Shown: piece after piece, positions 40,707 through 54,896 of the stretch | How positions within the stretch are numbered: the first letter of the stretch is position 1 | Layout of the letters: each line of letters starts with the position of its first letter | Assembly: GCA_013265495.1 (NCBI GenBank) | Contig: MU058636.1 | Span: forward strand, 4,561,741-4,625,740 | DNA length: 64,000 nucleotides | Direction of reading: 5' to 3' | From: Vicugna vicugna | Lineage: Eukaryota | The notes under the pieces: generated by a model | The model's input: the letters and a program-made list of their open reading frames with translations, nothing else | Told to the model about the DNA's origin: nothing | Database searches by the model: none | Made by a program: the position numbers and the translations under genes

Positions 40707-41730
40707 TAAGAAACAAATCAAAGTGGGAGTTACAAGGCATCTAGGTCCTCCTACTTCTTCACGTACAAGCGCACGCTGCAGGAGCCCCCTTGTCTGGCAG
40801 GTAGCACATTTGGGATATTAGTCACTGTCAGCTGCCACAGGTTGAAAATGCATATTCAGCCTTATTCTGACTTCGGTGAGGGAAAGGTGTAAAGGACCCC
40901 TCTGCCTGCTTCTCTCCTGGGCCCTCTCTCCTCCAGTCTGCGTCTAGAGGCAGAAGGTCGGTGGCAGGCCCTGTACAACACGGCCTAGATGTTTGGGTTC
41001 ACATTCGTAATCTCGATTGCCCGGTCCTGGTGCTGCCACTGATTAGCCACTTGACTTTGGGCAACTCGCCACCTCTTGCTACCTCAGTCTCTTTATGAGC
41101 AAAGCAGGGATGTCAGATTACCCCAACTCTAACTTCCCTTCCAGCTGAGAATTGTGTTTATTCGTTCTGTGGTTCCCTTCTCTTGTGATTTTGACAAGTG
41201 GGACTTGCTGCTACAGGAGCTGTTCAGCAGCCATAAAACTTCAAATTCTCATTCTGTCCAATGCAGGTGTGTCCCTGAGAATTTTAGGTAAATACATACA
41301 ATTTCATATGTTTGAAATCAACCTATTATAACAAGGGAGCAAATATAAGAAAATTTAATATGTTTACTTTTTTAAAAAAACAGATTATTTTAAAAGCAGA
41401 TTTCTCCACATGAATTGATTATACTTTTTTATGCTTTTAAAGACAATAAACTGAAGTTAATCACTTAGAAGAATCAGATATTAACTACTGCTTGTGAGTG
41501 TTTTATCCCTGTCCTTTTTCTTAACACCCCTAATACTTCTTAAAAATATATAAAGTTCTTTTGAAATTGAAGACCTATCATTTTACCAAATTACGTTTCA
41601 CGTGAACTTATAGTTCCGTTTTGTAATATGTACAAAGGCTTGAGTTTATGCAAGATTCAACCATTTGCTTATCACTTTGGGGGAGAGATTAATAACTTTT
41701 TCATATTGAATAATACTTTTAGTTGAATGC

Positions 41731-41918
41731 TTTTTTAAAAAATTGAGGTATAATTTACATACCATAAAATGCTTCCTTTTAAAGTGTTTAATTCCGTGTT
41801 TTTAGTATATTCACAGAGTAGTACAGCCATCACCACTGTCTAATTCAGGAATATTTTTATCACCTCAAATTTGGGGGGATGATAATTTTTATCACCCCAT
41901 ACTAATTGCCAGTCTCTC
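41731..41918 (-). mobile_element. L1MB-type 3' terminus
   Basis: attgaggtataatttacataccataaaat...tttttagtatattcacagagt.gtacagccatcaccact.tctaatt. Confidence 0.8.
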
Positions 41919-43249
41919 ATAAATACATTTTTAATGTATCAGATTTAAAGGGAGAATTTTGATTCTGTGTCTGAAAGTTGTTCAGCTGGTATGATTAATA
42001 AATTAATGGGATCACTTTACTATTTCCCCCATATTACATTCAGCTTATGAAAACTATAACTAAAGCTTTCTGGGGATGGGGAGTGGGGCAGTTTTAGTGA
42101 GCTGAATTAAGTAAGTTTTAATTTTGTTCCTCTGCTTTGTTAGAATTTAGTTATTAAAAGTAGGTTTTTCATGAGTTGATTTCTTATGCATTGAAAATAG
42201 TAGGTTTTGGGGTTGTATTAATGATTCTTTTCAGGATATGAGAGTAATTGTTGAGATTAGATACAGAATCAGAACAGGGAAACTCAACTCTCTTGCATCT
42301 TAGTTGGCATTTTAAAGTTTAAACTAAGAAAGAGAGAAATGTTTGGGACAAAGCCAACAGAATGAGGGTCTCTAGAATATGATGTAGTTAATAAAGGGAG
42401 TTTCTGTTACTAGAAACAAGAAAAGAGGAACTTCAGGGAGAAGCCTAAGCAACTGAAAACAGTCAAATGTGATGGATGTGTGTTTGGGTTATGATTTCTA
42501 AGATTAGTATAATATCAACATTTTGACTGCCAAATAAATTTGTCGGATGCCTCTGGCTCCTGGCAGTTAGACCTCAAACCAGCAATAAAGTTGAATTCAT
42601 CATTGGAAATGTATGTCTTAACTTTCATTTGAAAGCATTATTAAATAAAATAGAATCAGGAGTTAAATTTTTTTTTCTACCGAAATTTTTTTGCTACTTT
42701 CTCGAGGTCCTCTGGCCCCTTTTGAAGACCCTCCTCTCCACTGTGCTGGTCACGTTTGAGAGTTTTCCTTCCCTGTGGTCTTCAGGCTTCTTACCGTGGT
42801 GTAACCCGGGGTCAGACTTGTGGACACCCTCTTTTTAATGCAGCTCCATATGTTTTCCCCTCCCCTCCTCCATCTGGCAGTAGCACTTTCTAGTTCTGGG
42901 GGGTTTCAAAGGACTCCAGATGGATGATTTGGTCCACCGCTCTTCCTCCTGGCAGGACCGTTTGTAAATGATCCTGAATGAATGAGCTCCTTCCTACCCT
43001 GTCCATACATTTCCCCTTGAAAGCTCAAGCTGCAGCTTCCTTTGTTAACCTGCTCTGTCACCTACTTGACTTGCTCAACGCTGAGGAGTTCCTCCAGAGT
43101 TCTTCTTTATATCTTTTAAATGTCACCTTTTTCTCCTCACTCTTTTCTGACTGTAGCGAAAGAATGTTCCCTATTTAACATAGTCTTGGCTTATTTCGAA
43201 ATTGTCTGCCTGACAAATCCAAATCCTGTCCTCCTGTCTCACTGGTTTT

Positions 43250-43460
43250 ATTTAATATATGAGTACTGAGCAGTTGTATGTTTGGGAGACTGTACTAAGT
43301 ACTTACATGTTTTATCTTACTTAATACCCAAGCAGACCTTACTAGAATTACTATTATTAGTCCGAGTTTATAGATGGAAAAATCACTGGTAAGTGGAAGA
43401 GGCATAATTTTAACCCAGGACTGTTCCCACACCAAAACCAGAGCCCTCAGCCGCTGTTCT
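43250..43460 (-). mobile_element. MIR SINE
   Basis: ctgtactaagtactt.acatgttttatcttacttaat...tattattagtcc..tttatagatggaaaaa. Confidence 0.6.
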
Positions 43461-44191
43461 GTGCTAAGGAGCTTGGCAGTCACTTCATTTGTTCATTTCC
43501 CAGTTAGCCCTCAGTCAGCACGTTAGACAAGCAGGAAGTGAAGGGGGCTGGCGTTGAACTCACATTTTTGTCCTCTTGCCGGTGAGAATTCTGCTCCCTA
43601 ACTTTTGAATGAGTTCAGATGGCTCCACTTTGCCCCTCTTAACCTCCATCTGCCTTCTAATCTTTCTCTCTTCCACCACCCCTCCACTTCTTTCTTCCTC
43701 TTGTCAGTCTCAAGTGACAGAAGGTCACAAGGAAAGGGACGAGGGGAGAAAAAGAGAAGTAATGCTGATCCCTTTCTCCACCCACCGCAGTCCTGCTCTG
43801 GTTGGTAATCATATTATTTCTCTCCAATGTTGAGCTCTTTCCACAAGATCCTTTCAGTGTCTGCCTCCAGCATGGCAGCCCTATCTTGTGTTTGTTTTCA
43901 TTTTACAGGTGGTAGGATTCCTGGGTTGAAAGGTACCTTGAAAAGTCCATAAGATGAAGTTGTAGACTCACAAATAGCTATTTCAAATTGACATTGTTGA
44001 AAATTTAAAACATGAGTCAAATATTTGGATCCAGTGTCTGTCCACGGCACCAGACTGACCATAGGAATAACTTTCACATGTATTTCCCATTGCAATCTTG
44101 TTGTCACAGAACTGGTTTGCAGTCCACTGGGGATGGGTCTTAGATTTCTGGTGAATTATATCACTCTGAGAATATTTTCCATGCCATTTAA

Positions 44192-44335
<144 letters not shown>

Positions 44336-44501
44336 TAAGACTTATTTATCTAAAAATGACTTACTTTTTAAGGCCTAAGTTTATTAAGTTGTTCATGAAT
44401 TTCACATACTGGGTCATATGAATTATATTTATTGATTGCTAAAGGCCATGTATAGTCACTGGAAGTACTGATTTGATCTTTAATATTCCTTTCCAAATTA
44501 A

Positions 44502-44603
<102 letters not shown>

Positions 44604-44684
44604 TAAAGTAATTTCTCACCTTAGAATTTTGAAGAAGTTGGGTTCTTAAAGCTAAATCAAGTTTGCTCTTTTCAGATGACCTGA

Positions 44685-44789
<105 letters not shown>

Positions 44790-47700
44790 TAAGTGAGCCT
44801 CAGAGTGCTTTACCATAAAAGCATATGTGCCCCTTCTCTGTGCCACTCAGCCCTCCTCTCAGGAAGGGGGAGGGCGTGAGTTTACAGGAAACTGCGGTTC
44901 TTTTTGCTGTGTGTGCCCTGTCTCTGAACCACGCTAAGAGCTCCCCAAGGCGAGTACCAGGTCTTTTTCCAATTTGTTTTCTCCATTATCTTTTTCACTT
45001 GGCACTTGGGCCAGACCCTAAGAGGCCGTGGGTTCCAGACTACTGCAGCAGAGAAGGAAATGAACTACCCACAGTACTTTTCTCCCTGCCCAATTTTCCA
45101 AAGAAGTTTATCAGTTTTAAAAGTTTTGTTTTCTGTATTCCATGAGTAGGTGGTTACGATACAGCATCTGAGTAGGAAAATTCCATTCTAGAATGTCCCT
45201 TTACTATAGGCCTTACTTAATTCAACTGAGCTAAAAATGTCCCAGACTCTGTCATGGAAACAAGTCGGAAAATTCTCATTGCTAAATTTATCTGGCCCCA
45301 TAACACTACTTAGCAGGCTAGAACAAAGTGGCATTAGGCTATTAGCAATAATATACTTCTTCCAAAAGTGATGTCACACCCTATTCACCCGTCTTCTTAT
45401 TCAACCCTGAGGCAAATTGGGCAGGATCCTGAATGCCTAGGTTAGGCAGAGTGAGCCAGAGACATCACATAAATCCAAGCCAAGAGGCCAGCTTGGAGCA
45501 ACAGTGATGCCCTGATCCTTGTGACATGCAATCCTCAGAAAGATTTTTATCTTCAAGAGATGGAATTTCCTAACTTAGCAGCATGGAAATACTCAATTTA
45601 TCAAAAGACAAAATTTTTAAAAAGTACTTACTCAACAACCTTACCTAGCCAAAACATAGACAAGAACTCAGGAAACAGACCTGAAAGATGACTTATTTAA
45701 TCTAACCCCATTTATCTATTCGTCTAGACTACTTACTGTTAGGTGGAAGAGAGGTAGCTACACTGACACGCCGAGAAGTAGCAAGCTCAAAAACTGACAG
45801 CAACAGAGAGAAAAGAGAAATTGGCCAAAGCATTCATATGAACTAAATAATAGAGTTATTTGGACCATTTCGCGTGAGAATGTGTTGTATTTTTTTTTAT
45901 AGTCCATTGTAATAGCTGTGGTTCATGAGTCATCAAGAAAGAAAAGTATGTAATGCGTTTTGGAGAGATTTCCATTGCAATTAAATAATAATACAAGTAT
46001 TGGCTTTTTGAAGGAATAAGCTGCAATTATCTGGCAAATTAACTCATGTGTTTCTACCTCATTCCTAGAAAAGATCAGAAAAATGAGTTGTTAATATGTG
46101 TTTTGGCCGATTTGTCAAACCCTGAAAATCTCATCATGTTCCTTTGTAATTCCCTTGTGATTATCCCTGCATAACTCTCTTATATAATCATTTGGAAAAT
46201 TTGATATACCAAAAATGACTTCTTGTGTTTTTCTTAGTTTTTGTGCATTATGCATAATAGTGTCAGTTACTATAGAAGGAGCTTCCGTAGCTACATCGAT
46301 TTTGAATTGTTGGAGAATGAATTGGGAAGCATGGTCATAATTAAGCAACATTTAAGGTTGTGGGAATTTCCATATCAGGTCAGATTTATGATCCTCCAAG
46401 CCAGTGTTTTTTGCCAACAGTGGCTTTTTTTATTTTCATGATGTCAATATTTGTCTGAATTCTGCAACGGCAGGCTATAACAAATGCCTCAATTTGAACA
46501 ATGCTCCAATACTTTCTAGTCGCAAGAAGACGCCTTGGCCAGTGGGTTCTTACCATAATAAATAGTAATTACAATGATAGATTCTCAACCAGTCAATACT
46601 GAGTTAATCTTTATTGATAGACGGTATAATCTTCAACTGGTGTCATATTACAAATCATCACATTACATTCTTCTCATAAGTATACCAGGATCCTTACTTT
46701 ATTGGTGCCTTAGAAAATTACTGCTCCCTTTGATCTCAGAGGGGAAAAAGGATGTATGCTTATCTAGCTAGTATAGGCTGGTTATCATTAAAAAAATAAT
46801 AAACTTGAGTAATGGAGCAATTGTAATTTTAGACTATATATCTAGATCCCAGTGGTAATGCATATGAAATATTTTCTTCATTATGACTTTAGTTATTAAT
46901 GCTTAGTTTGATCTTTAAGTTTTAGCCGAATCACTAATTTTCATCTTACTAATGATAATGCACTTAATTCCTATCACCAAGGGGAAAATTTTTTTTTGCC
47001 GTTAAGTGATCTCCACCTTGACTCTTTCAGTCAATTAAGTTAAAATTGGATTTTTTTTAAGGTAAGTTTCTTTGATTAAAATCTGGTATATTCATTTAAA
47101 TAGTGATAGTTGTTTATAAAGTTCATAATTTCAAAACTACTCTCTCTTTATGTGATATAATTTTAATGTATATATTTTTATACTCTCACTTTAATGGTAT
47201 ATACTATACATTCTAAAGCAGAAGACCGAGTAATCATTTAGTTACTGTATTTACTAAAGAATATTAAACACTAAAAGCATGGTCATTAAAAAGAAATTAA
47301 TTTTTTCCTAAAATTACTTTAAGGGAAAATAGATTTTAAGCACAAATAGCTTTTTGGATTATTTTTATTTTAAAATAACATTTTTATGTCACTTGGAACT
47401 TTTTAAAGTAAAAGATAGCCATATTTATTTTTAAATGGGAAGTAGACTTTAGCCACTAACTCACGAGAATATTGAAATAGTGAGGCGTACCAATAACCTG
47501 CCTTTTCTTACCTCTCCTTGTTTCAGTTGTGAGTTAGCAATGAAAACACACTTTTCTAAGTATCATGTGATCTTTAAAACAATATAACTCAATAAATAAA
47601 TAAATAGACAATATAACTCTAATCTGTAAAGTTATCTTTGTCCTTGTAAACACTCACATTTCAAAATTAAAACCATAGATAGTTTTTTTAGTGTTTGGAA

Positions 47701-48428
47701 CTAACTTGAATTAAAATGTAATGTTAAAAAAACTAGTAGGGTTGGGAATTACTAAATTTTTATAATCTTGATCGAAAGTGTCACTTCAGCTGCTTTGCAA
47801 TGCCATTTCTGCTTCCTGTTCTTCACCTATCTTTGCCTGAAGACCTCAGCTCACCCTTCACCCCAACACAAATCCCCTGTGAGATCTCCCCTAATTATCC
47901 AGAAGGAAAAAGCCCCTCATTCCCCAATGCCCCCTAGTCTCTTTAAGTATATTATTCACATAAAAAGCATGTGAAATGAGAGAGTGATCTGGTCTGGGGC
48001 ATTTAACCTTCCTGAAGGATCAGAGAGATCCAGACGAAGTCCCAGGCACAAGCTAACACACCCCAGAAATAATAATAATAATTGTTATTAAAATTGCTAT
48101 TATTTACATGGCTTTTGGGCAATGCTATATTGCTGCATCTTCCCAATCAAATTGTATACTATTCTAGATAGGGCAGGGGCTACGCTTCCTAGCTCGTGAC
48201 TGTCTGCGGTAGCTACAGAATAGTGGAAATTCTTGGAATTCAGATCAGAAGTTCTGTGTTTGAGTCTTATTTTTGTCACTTTGATCTTCCAGTCAGTTTC
48301 ATCATTCATAAAATGGAAACACACTTGCTATCTGACTCAATGGATCGTAGTGAAGATAAGAATGTGAAAGAGTATAATGTGCATGGTAAAGTGTAAGACA
48401 TCTTACAAGGGTGTCTAATTGTTATTCC

Positions 48429-48581
48429 TAGAATCACCTAAAGGGCTTGTTAAACAAGATCACTGGACTCATCCCCAGGCTATTCAGCAGGTGTGGAGTG
48501 AGCCAGAGAGTGTGTATTGCTCACAAGTTCCCAGTTGAGGCTGATGCTGCTGATCTGGGGACCACACTGTGAAAATCACTG
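48429..48581. mobile_element. MER5A-like hAT MITE
   Basis: agaatcacct..agggcttgttaaaca...cacaagttcccag.tga.gctgatgctgctg.tctggggaccacact.tga.aatcactg. Confidence 0.8.
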
Positions 48582-48582
48582 G

Positions 48583-48664
48583 TCTAGACATCATTTAGCT
48601 CAGAGAGTAACAGCAGGAACTCTAGACATCATTTAGCTCAGAGAGTAAGAGCAGGAACTCTAGA
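48583..48664 (+). repeat. 38-bp tandem duplication (2 copies + 6-bp partial)
   Basis: tctagacatcatttagctcagagagtaa(c/g)agcaggaac x2, then tctaga. Confidence 0.95.
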
Positions 48665-48820
48665 GCCAGACACGTGGGGTAAAATTCTGGCTCCACCACT
48701 TATGTGCTGTGTGACGTTAGCACATTATCTATTGGAGTTGTTGTGAGGATTAAATGAGTTGCTAGATGTAAAGCTCACTGAACTTGCCACATACTGTGAG
48801 TGCTTTATGTCTACTTGCTG
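48621..48820 (+). mobile_element. MIR SINE (internally deleted)
   Basis: taagagcaggaactctagagccagac..tctggctccaccactta..gctgtgtgac..gttgttgtgaggattaaatgagtt..tgtaaagc. Confidence 0.75.
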
Positions 48821-48824
48821 CTGT

Positions 48825-48893
48825 CACCACCATCATCATCACCACCACCACCACCACCACCATCATCCTCACCACCGGCATCATCATCATCAT
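48825..48893 (+). repeat. Compound (CAC/CAT)n trinucleotide microsatellite, 23 triplets with 2 interruptions
   Basis: Read directly from the sequence; sits at the MIR 3' end. Confidence 0.95.
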
Positions 48894-50016
48894 TTTTTCT
48901 ATAAGAAGTAGAAAGGAATAATGATGCTGGAATAAATTTACATTTTCTGCTCCACTGCTGCCTTAAAATCTTTTCTTACTATATGCAGCAAACAAAAAAA
49001 TTCATAAATTGTTTAAAAAATACAATTATAACACATTGTTATCAAAGAAACATCGCATAACCTCCTCCACTCAAGCCAAGCACGAGAAAATTGCCGGCTC
49101 TCACCAAGCCCCTGACACCCAACTTGCCAGTCATACACCCCTTGCTGTGCCTTTTGGTGAAGCCATACCTGTGTGTTTACCACCTACTTTATATGTCCTG
49201 AAATTTCAACTTTGGGGTGTCGAGGGTTGTCGTTTCAAACTTCTGGGATTCTATTAGTTGGCCTTTAACTTGTGGAATCATAATTACCCTCTCTGATCAT
49301 GCTCTCTTACTTAATTGATCTTTTGTGGAAACTCAGGCTGATTGTCTCAGGAAAAAATACAGTGAGTCTTAGAATGCTTTCCCTGTTTTTTTTGTTTTTA
49401 ACTAATAGTCAAATCAACCATCTCGGAAAGTGTTTGAATAACTTGTCTGTTCGTGATCTTAAGTGCTCAGAGAATTTGCTGCTGCTTTCTGTCCTGGGAT
49501 CTATTCTTTTTAATCTTATATGATAATGTTGTAATTAATATTATTAATTATTAATATTATTTTACTTTCAGACAATGCAAATGCGTTAAGCTCCTTGGGG
49601 ACTGTGAGTTTTTACTTGTGAAATCCCATGCATGTAGTGGAGAGCTTAGTCAGCTTTTGGAGATGATTTGAGTTTTCCCATTGCTAGATTTTCCTTCAGC
49701 CTAAAAATACTTTTTTCAACAATCATTAGCCTAAGACTATAAAAGAAACAACAACAGAAAACTTTGGAAATGGATGTAAGAATATTACTTGGCATTATTT
49801 GCTGTCATTATCAGAAATATCTGGCCTTGTATGTTACTGTCCACCTGTTCACAATTGGAAACTTCAGGCCTCTGGGGTCTGTAAACATGGTGGAAATTGC
49901 TAAGCCTGAGGAAATGAAGCTTTTCGTCAGGCTCAATTTGAGAGCTAGACCATTCTGAAAGAGTCTAAATAACCTTGGGTCTTCTCCCTGGGCTGAAGGA
50001 GAGGTTGAGCATCTGA

Positions 50017-50442
<426 letters not shown>

Positions 50443-51025
50443 TGAACACCCATTCACTTGTCAACATGGGAAAAAGCCCTACTTTTTTTTCCCTCGGTGA
50501 TTCCTAAAGTGTTTCATAACGAAATAATTGCATTTAAGGCACATAATTTAATTTTTAAAGTCATATCATCTTTGGAGTAGGATGTACAGTGAAATCTTAT
50601 CTGTGAACTTTTTTTTCTCTTTTTTTACCTATTGGCTGCCATTGTTCTGTCAATAAATATAGCTAATTTTTTACTTTTTCAGATTGATTGCACTGCATTG
50701 GCTATGTTAACATTTCTAGGCATGAGAACTTTAAATAGTGAAATCCTTTTTTATTCATAGTATAAAAAGAAATCAATTTTTAAAAATCAACCAAATCATA
50801 CAGATTTAGGTGTCTACCCAGTGTTCACCATTATGTACTACAAAAAAAAAAAAGAATGTTGCTAATGAGGATTTCCCAGAATACACAGCTCTCTTAGATT
50901 TTATAGAACTTTAGTATCTGAAGGGATTTTTCCCTAATGCTATTGTGAGTTAGATTTAGTGAGGATCTTAATGAAGAGTGTAGATACAGGGGTTATGAAT
51001 GTAGGTTGTGCCACTTTTATAATCC

Positions 51026-51537
51026 AAGGGACAGACAACAGCAAGTCATCTGTTGCTGAGGATGTAGAGAAAGTGGAATCTTCATACGCTGCTGGTAGGA
51101 ATAGAAAATAGCTCAACAACTTGGGAAGACTGTTTGGCAGTTCCTCAGATGTTTAAATCTAGAATTACTGTATAATCCAGTAATTCCAAGTCTAGGTGCA
51201 ATATCCAAGAGAAATAAAAATATACGTCCACACAAAAACTTGCATGCAAATGTTCGTGGCAGCGTTATTAATAATAGCATATGTCCAGGATGGGCAAATC
51301 CACGGAGACAGAAAGTAGGTTAGTTGTGTCATTTGCTGGAGAAGGGGGTGTGAGTAAGGGATTGGGGATGACTGCTATCAGGTGCAGTGTTTCTCTCGTG
51401 GATAATGAAAAGTTTCTAAATTTGACTGTGGTGAAAGATGTACAATTGTGAATATACTAGAAGCTACTGAATTGTACTCTTTAAATGGGTAAATTGCATG
51501 ATATATGAACTATGTCTCAATAAAGCTGTCAAAAAAA
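51026..51537 (+). mobile_element. L1MB-type 3' end, sense to FRY, internally deleted, with AATAAA and A-tail
   Basis: gaggatgtagagaaagtggaa..tcatac.ctgctggt.ggaat...tccacacaaaaacttg...ttgtactctttaaatgggtaaattgcatg..atgaactat.tctcaataaagctgtcaaaaaaa. Confidence 0.88.
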
Positions 51538-51540
51538 TAT

Positions 51541-51735
51541 AGGGCCCTGTATCAAACTTCTTGGGTTTGAATTCAAGCTTCAGTGCTGACCAGCTCTGTG
51601 ACCTTGGACAAGTCACACTTAACCCCTCCCAGCCTCAATTTCCTTGTCTGCAAAGTAGGAACAGTGACTCTTAACTGTAGAAGGTGGTTCTGGGCATTCT
51701 TGGCACATGATAAGCACTCAGTAAATGCTAACTAT
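51541..51735 (+). mobile_element. MIR SINE
   Basis: gggtttgaattc..agctctgtgaccttggacaagtcac..cctcaatttccttgtctgcaaa..tggcacatgataagcactcagtaaatg. Confidence 0.75.
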
Positions 51736-52781
51736 TTTTCTCTCTCTTTCATACTGACGATTTGTCTATCTACGTACTTGAATGACGATTTGAGACAGTA
51801 CTTACATACATATATAAAATAACATAGGAAAGGGCCCACAATTCTGAGAACCATCAAGCTCCATTGTGTATCAGGAAAACAGTCTCAAAGACTTTCCGTG
51901 CTGGCAGTGCCTGTCTTGGACTGATGTCTTAGTATGATATTGATATACTGGGGACCTGAGTAACTGTTGTTGGCAATGGTCCCAATGTTGACTGAAAATA
52001 AGTGGTAATAGTGGATACAGATATTAACATGTCATCACAAATACACGTCGCCTTGGACTCGTCCATGAAAACAACACCTAAAAAAGACCACAGTAATTTA
52101 CTGCCCTAAAGGCCAGGGAGGAGAAAGGGGCTGGCAGAATTCAGGACACGGCAAATCTAATAAATTATTCCCTGGGCAACCAGAAATACCCTTTCATAGG
52201 CAGGAGTCCACAGGCAAAGAGATCCTTGCTTGAGGATCCGTTCCAAAGGCTCCCTTGTCAGAGGTGGGGGAGGGAGGCATTCCAGACTTGCTCATGAAAC
52301 TTCTGAATAATAAACACCTAAAATGTCAGGGCTAACAAGTAAACAGCTCTGTGCCGGGGTCTGTCACGGCCTAAAATAAGTTTAGTGTCTTCTGCCTCTC
52401 TTCCCATGTTGACCTTCTCTCGGGCTCTATGTTTGGGATTAATCAAGGACCCAGGGCCCCCCCACACAGCAGGTAGTCGATAGAAATTTGTTGGAAATGA
52501 ATGAAGGAACCAACTCACGCATCTGCTTGCTGGTTATAGGTGCTTTGTCCTTTCAGCGTAGTGATTTGGAGAGAGTGAGAAAACCAGCCTTGCAAAATGC
52601 CACTGAAGGTTGTTGTGAACTTAAATATAAACGCCTGAATCTAGTCATTTTAACAGATTTTAGAATATACTGTGTTAATAGGTATGATTGACTTAAGATA
52701 TGTTTACTTAAATGTGTTCATACGTTTTATGTGCACATCTCAATCTTCCTCCCTCCCTTTACTCTTTTTTCTACTTCCTAG

Positions 52782-53124
<343 letters not shown>

Positions 53125-54698
53125 TGAAGTCTGAGTCGTTAAGTGTTCCACAGCTGGGAGAATTACTACAGCTCCATTAGAAAGAGGCAGCATTTCAAAT
53201 CTTGGAGCTTGCACCTAGTGTTGACCATGATTGAATTGTGGTAATGTCAGGGGATAAAGTCATGTCGCCTCGGGTGACCCCTCTAGTCCTAAGGATTCTG
53301 TTGTTTATTTTCAAGATTGGCTTCACTTCACTTTTATTTTAATCTCTGAGTGTTTTTTTCCAAACTGAAGGCTAAAGATTATAAAAAGAGTTTCTCTACT
53401 CGATCCTCAGAAATCTTGACTGATTAATTCCCATTCTGATCAAATGAAAGTGGAACCAGGCAGGAAAGGGAGTTGGGACACACGTGCCCAGAGGAAAGAT
53501 TTTCCGAAGGCTGAGAAGACAATTTGGGGGAATGCTTTCGGACCGAAAAGCAGTATAGAGAAGTCTTTTAAATTAGCACAACCTTTTGCGCTCAGTGGTA
53601 AACGAAGCTCTGGTTTATGAATCGGCGGGTGGTATACCAGCTGTAATTGTGATTGTGTGGAGGAGGCAGGTTCCTTAGCTAGCTGGTTACTAGCATGGTT
53701 TCTGCTAGTCTTTAACGTCTGAACATGACCACCGTTATTTGGTCATGTATTCAGACTTGCTTTGCCAGGAGTGGTGACAAATTTCCTCATTTGTCTACAT
53801 TCTGTGGTCGTTGTGACTGCTTTTATTTTTGTTTTTAAATTACCAGCTGGAATTAGAGTTGCCGTCAAGGGAAGCAATAGTTCAAAGTCAGTTTAAAACT
53901 TAAGTTAATAAGAAAAAACTAAGTTAATGGATTGTGAAGCACTGACTCTCATTATGACAATAGATTTTTCGCTAATTCAAGTTTAGGGGAAGGGCCAGTA
54001 TTATTTTTGTTTCAGTCTTCCTTAGCCCTAATCTGGGGGGAGCCATAAAGGTGCCTGTTAATCTGGTTCAGCAAAATGGTGGTGGGTTCTGCAGAGGTAT
54101 TGCTGGGTGGCCGCCCGTTAGCTCTTCCGTCTTCTCCAGTTGCTGCGGGAAGCATGCCCAGTTAGGCAGGGAAAGCACAGTAGCACCTCTGTTTATTCAG
54201 TCGTAAGCAAATTCCTCCTGTGGTTAAATTTGTCTTGGTGGGATTTACCAATGCAATAACATTTCTTTTAGGAAGCGTCCTTAATTAGGGGAGGATTGCA
54301 TGCAAAAGAAAATATATACCTCTACCTCTAAGACAGGGACAAACTAGTAGATGTTTATGAGCAACGAAGCCGGCGACATTCTCAACACGAATGTGCCTTC
54401 CTGCTTGCTTTTCTGAGAAGTTTGTTTTTAAAATCCATAAGGGAAGTCTAAATCATGGAATCAGATTTCTCCTGATACATGAAGCTCACTGCACCCTATA
54501 CATAACTCTAGATTAGTCCAGTGGCATCAGAAAGCACTTGCAAAATCCGCACCTCTGCACGGCACCCATTGGGCGTCGGTGTGTGATAAAGCATCCTGTG
54601 TATTCTGGCCCGTTCAGCGCTCACAGAGGGAGATGGATGGGGAGTGGGTCCTGCGAGCGTGTGTTACATGGTTGGTTGGGATATACATCATCCTGTGA

Positions 54699-54896
<198 letters not shown>

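Noticed and set aside
46115..46351. Protein-like 78-aa minus-strand ORF
   Set aside because: Non-ATG start, no family recognised, no supporting neighbouring exons; a tBLASTx search would be needed to revive it.
48583..48664. CRISPR-like repeat
   Set aside because: Only two adjacent units with no spacer, in eukaryotic intron; a simple tandem duplication.
48825..48893. Poly-histidine coding stretch
   Set aside because: Microsatellite at a MIR tail, with no listed ORF or splice context.
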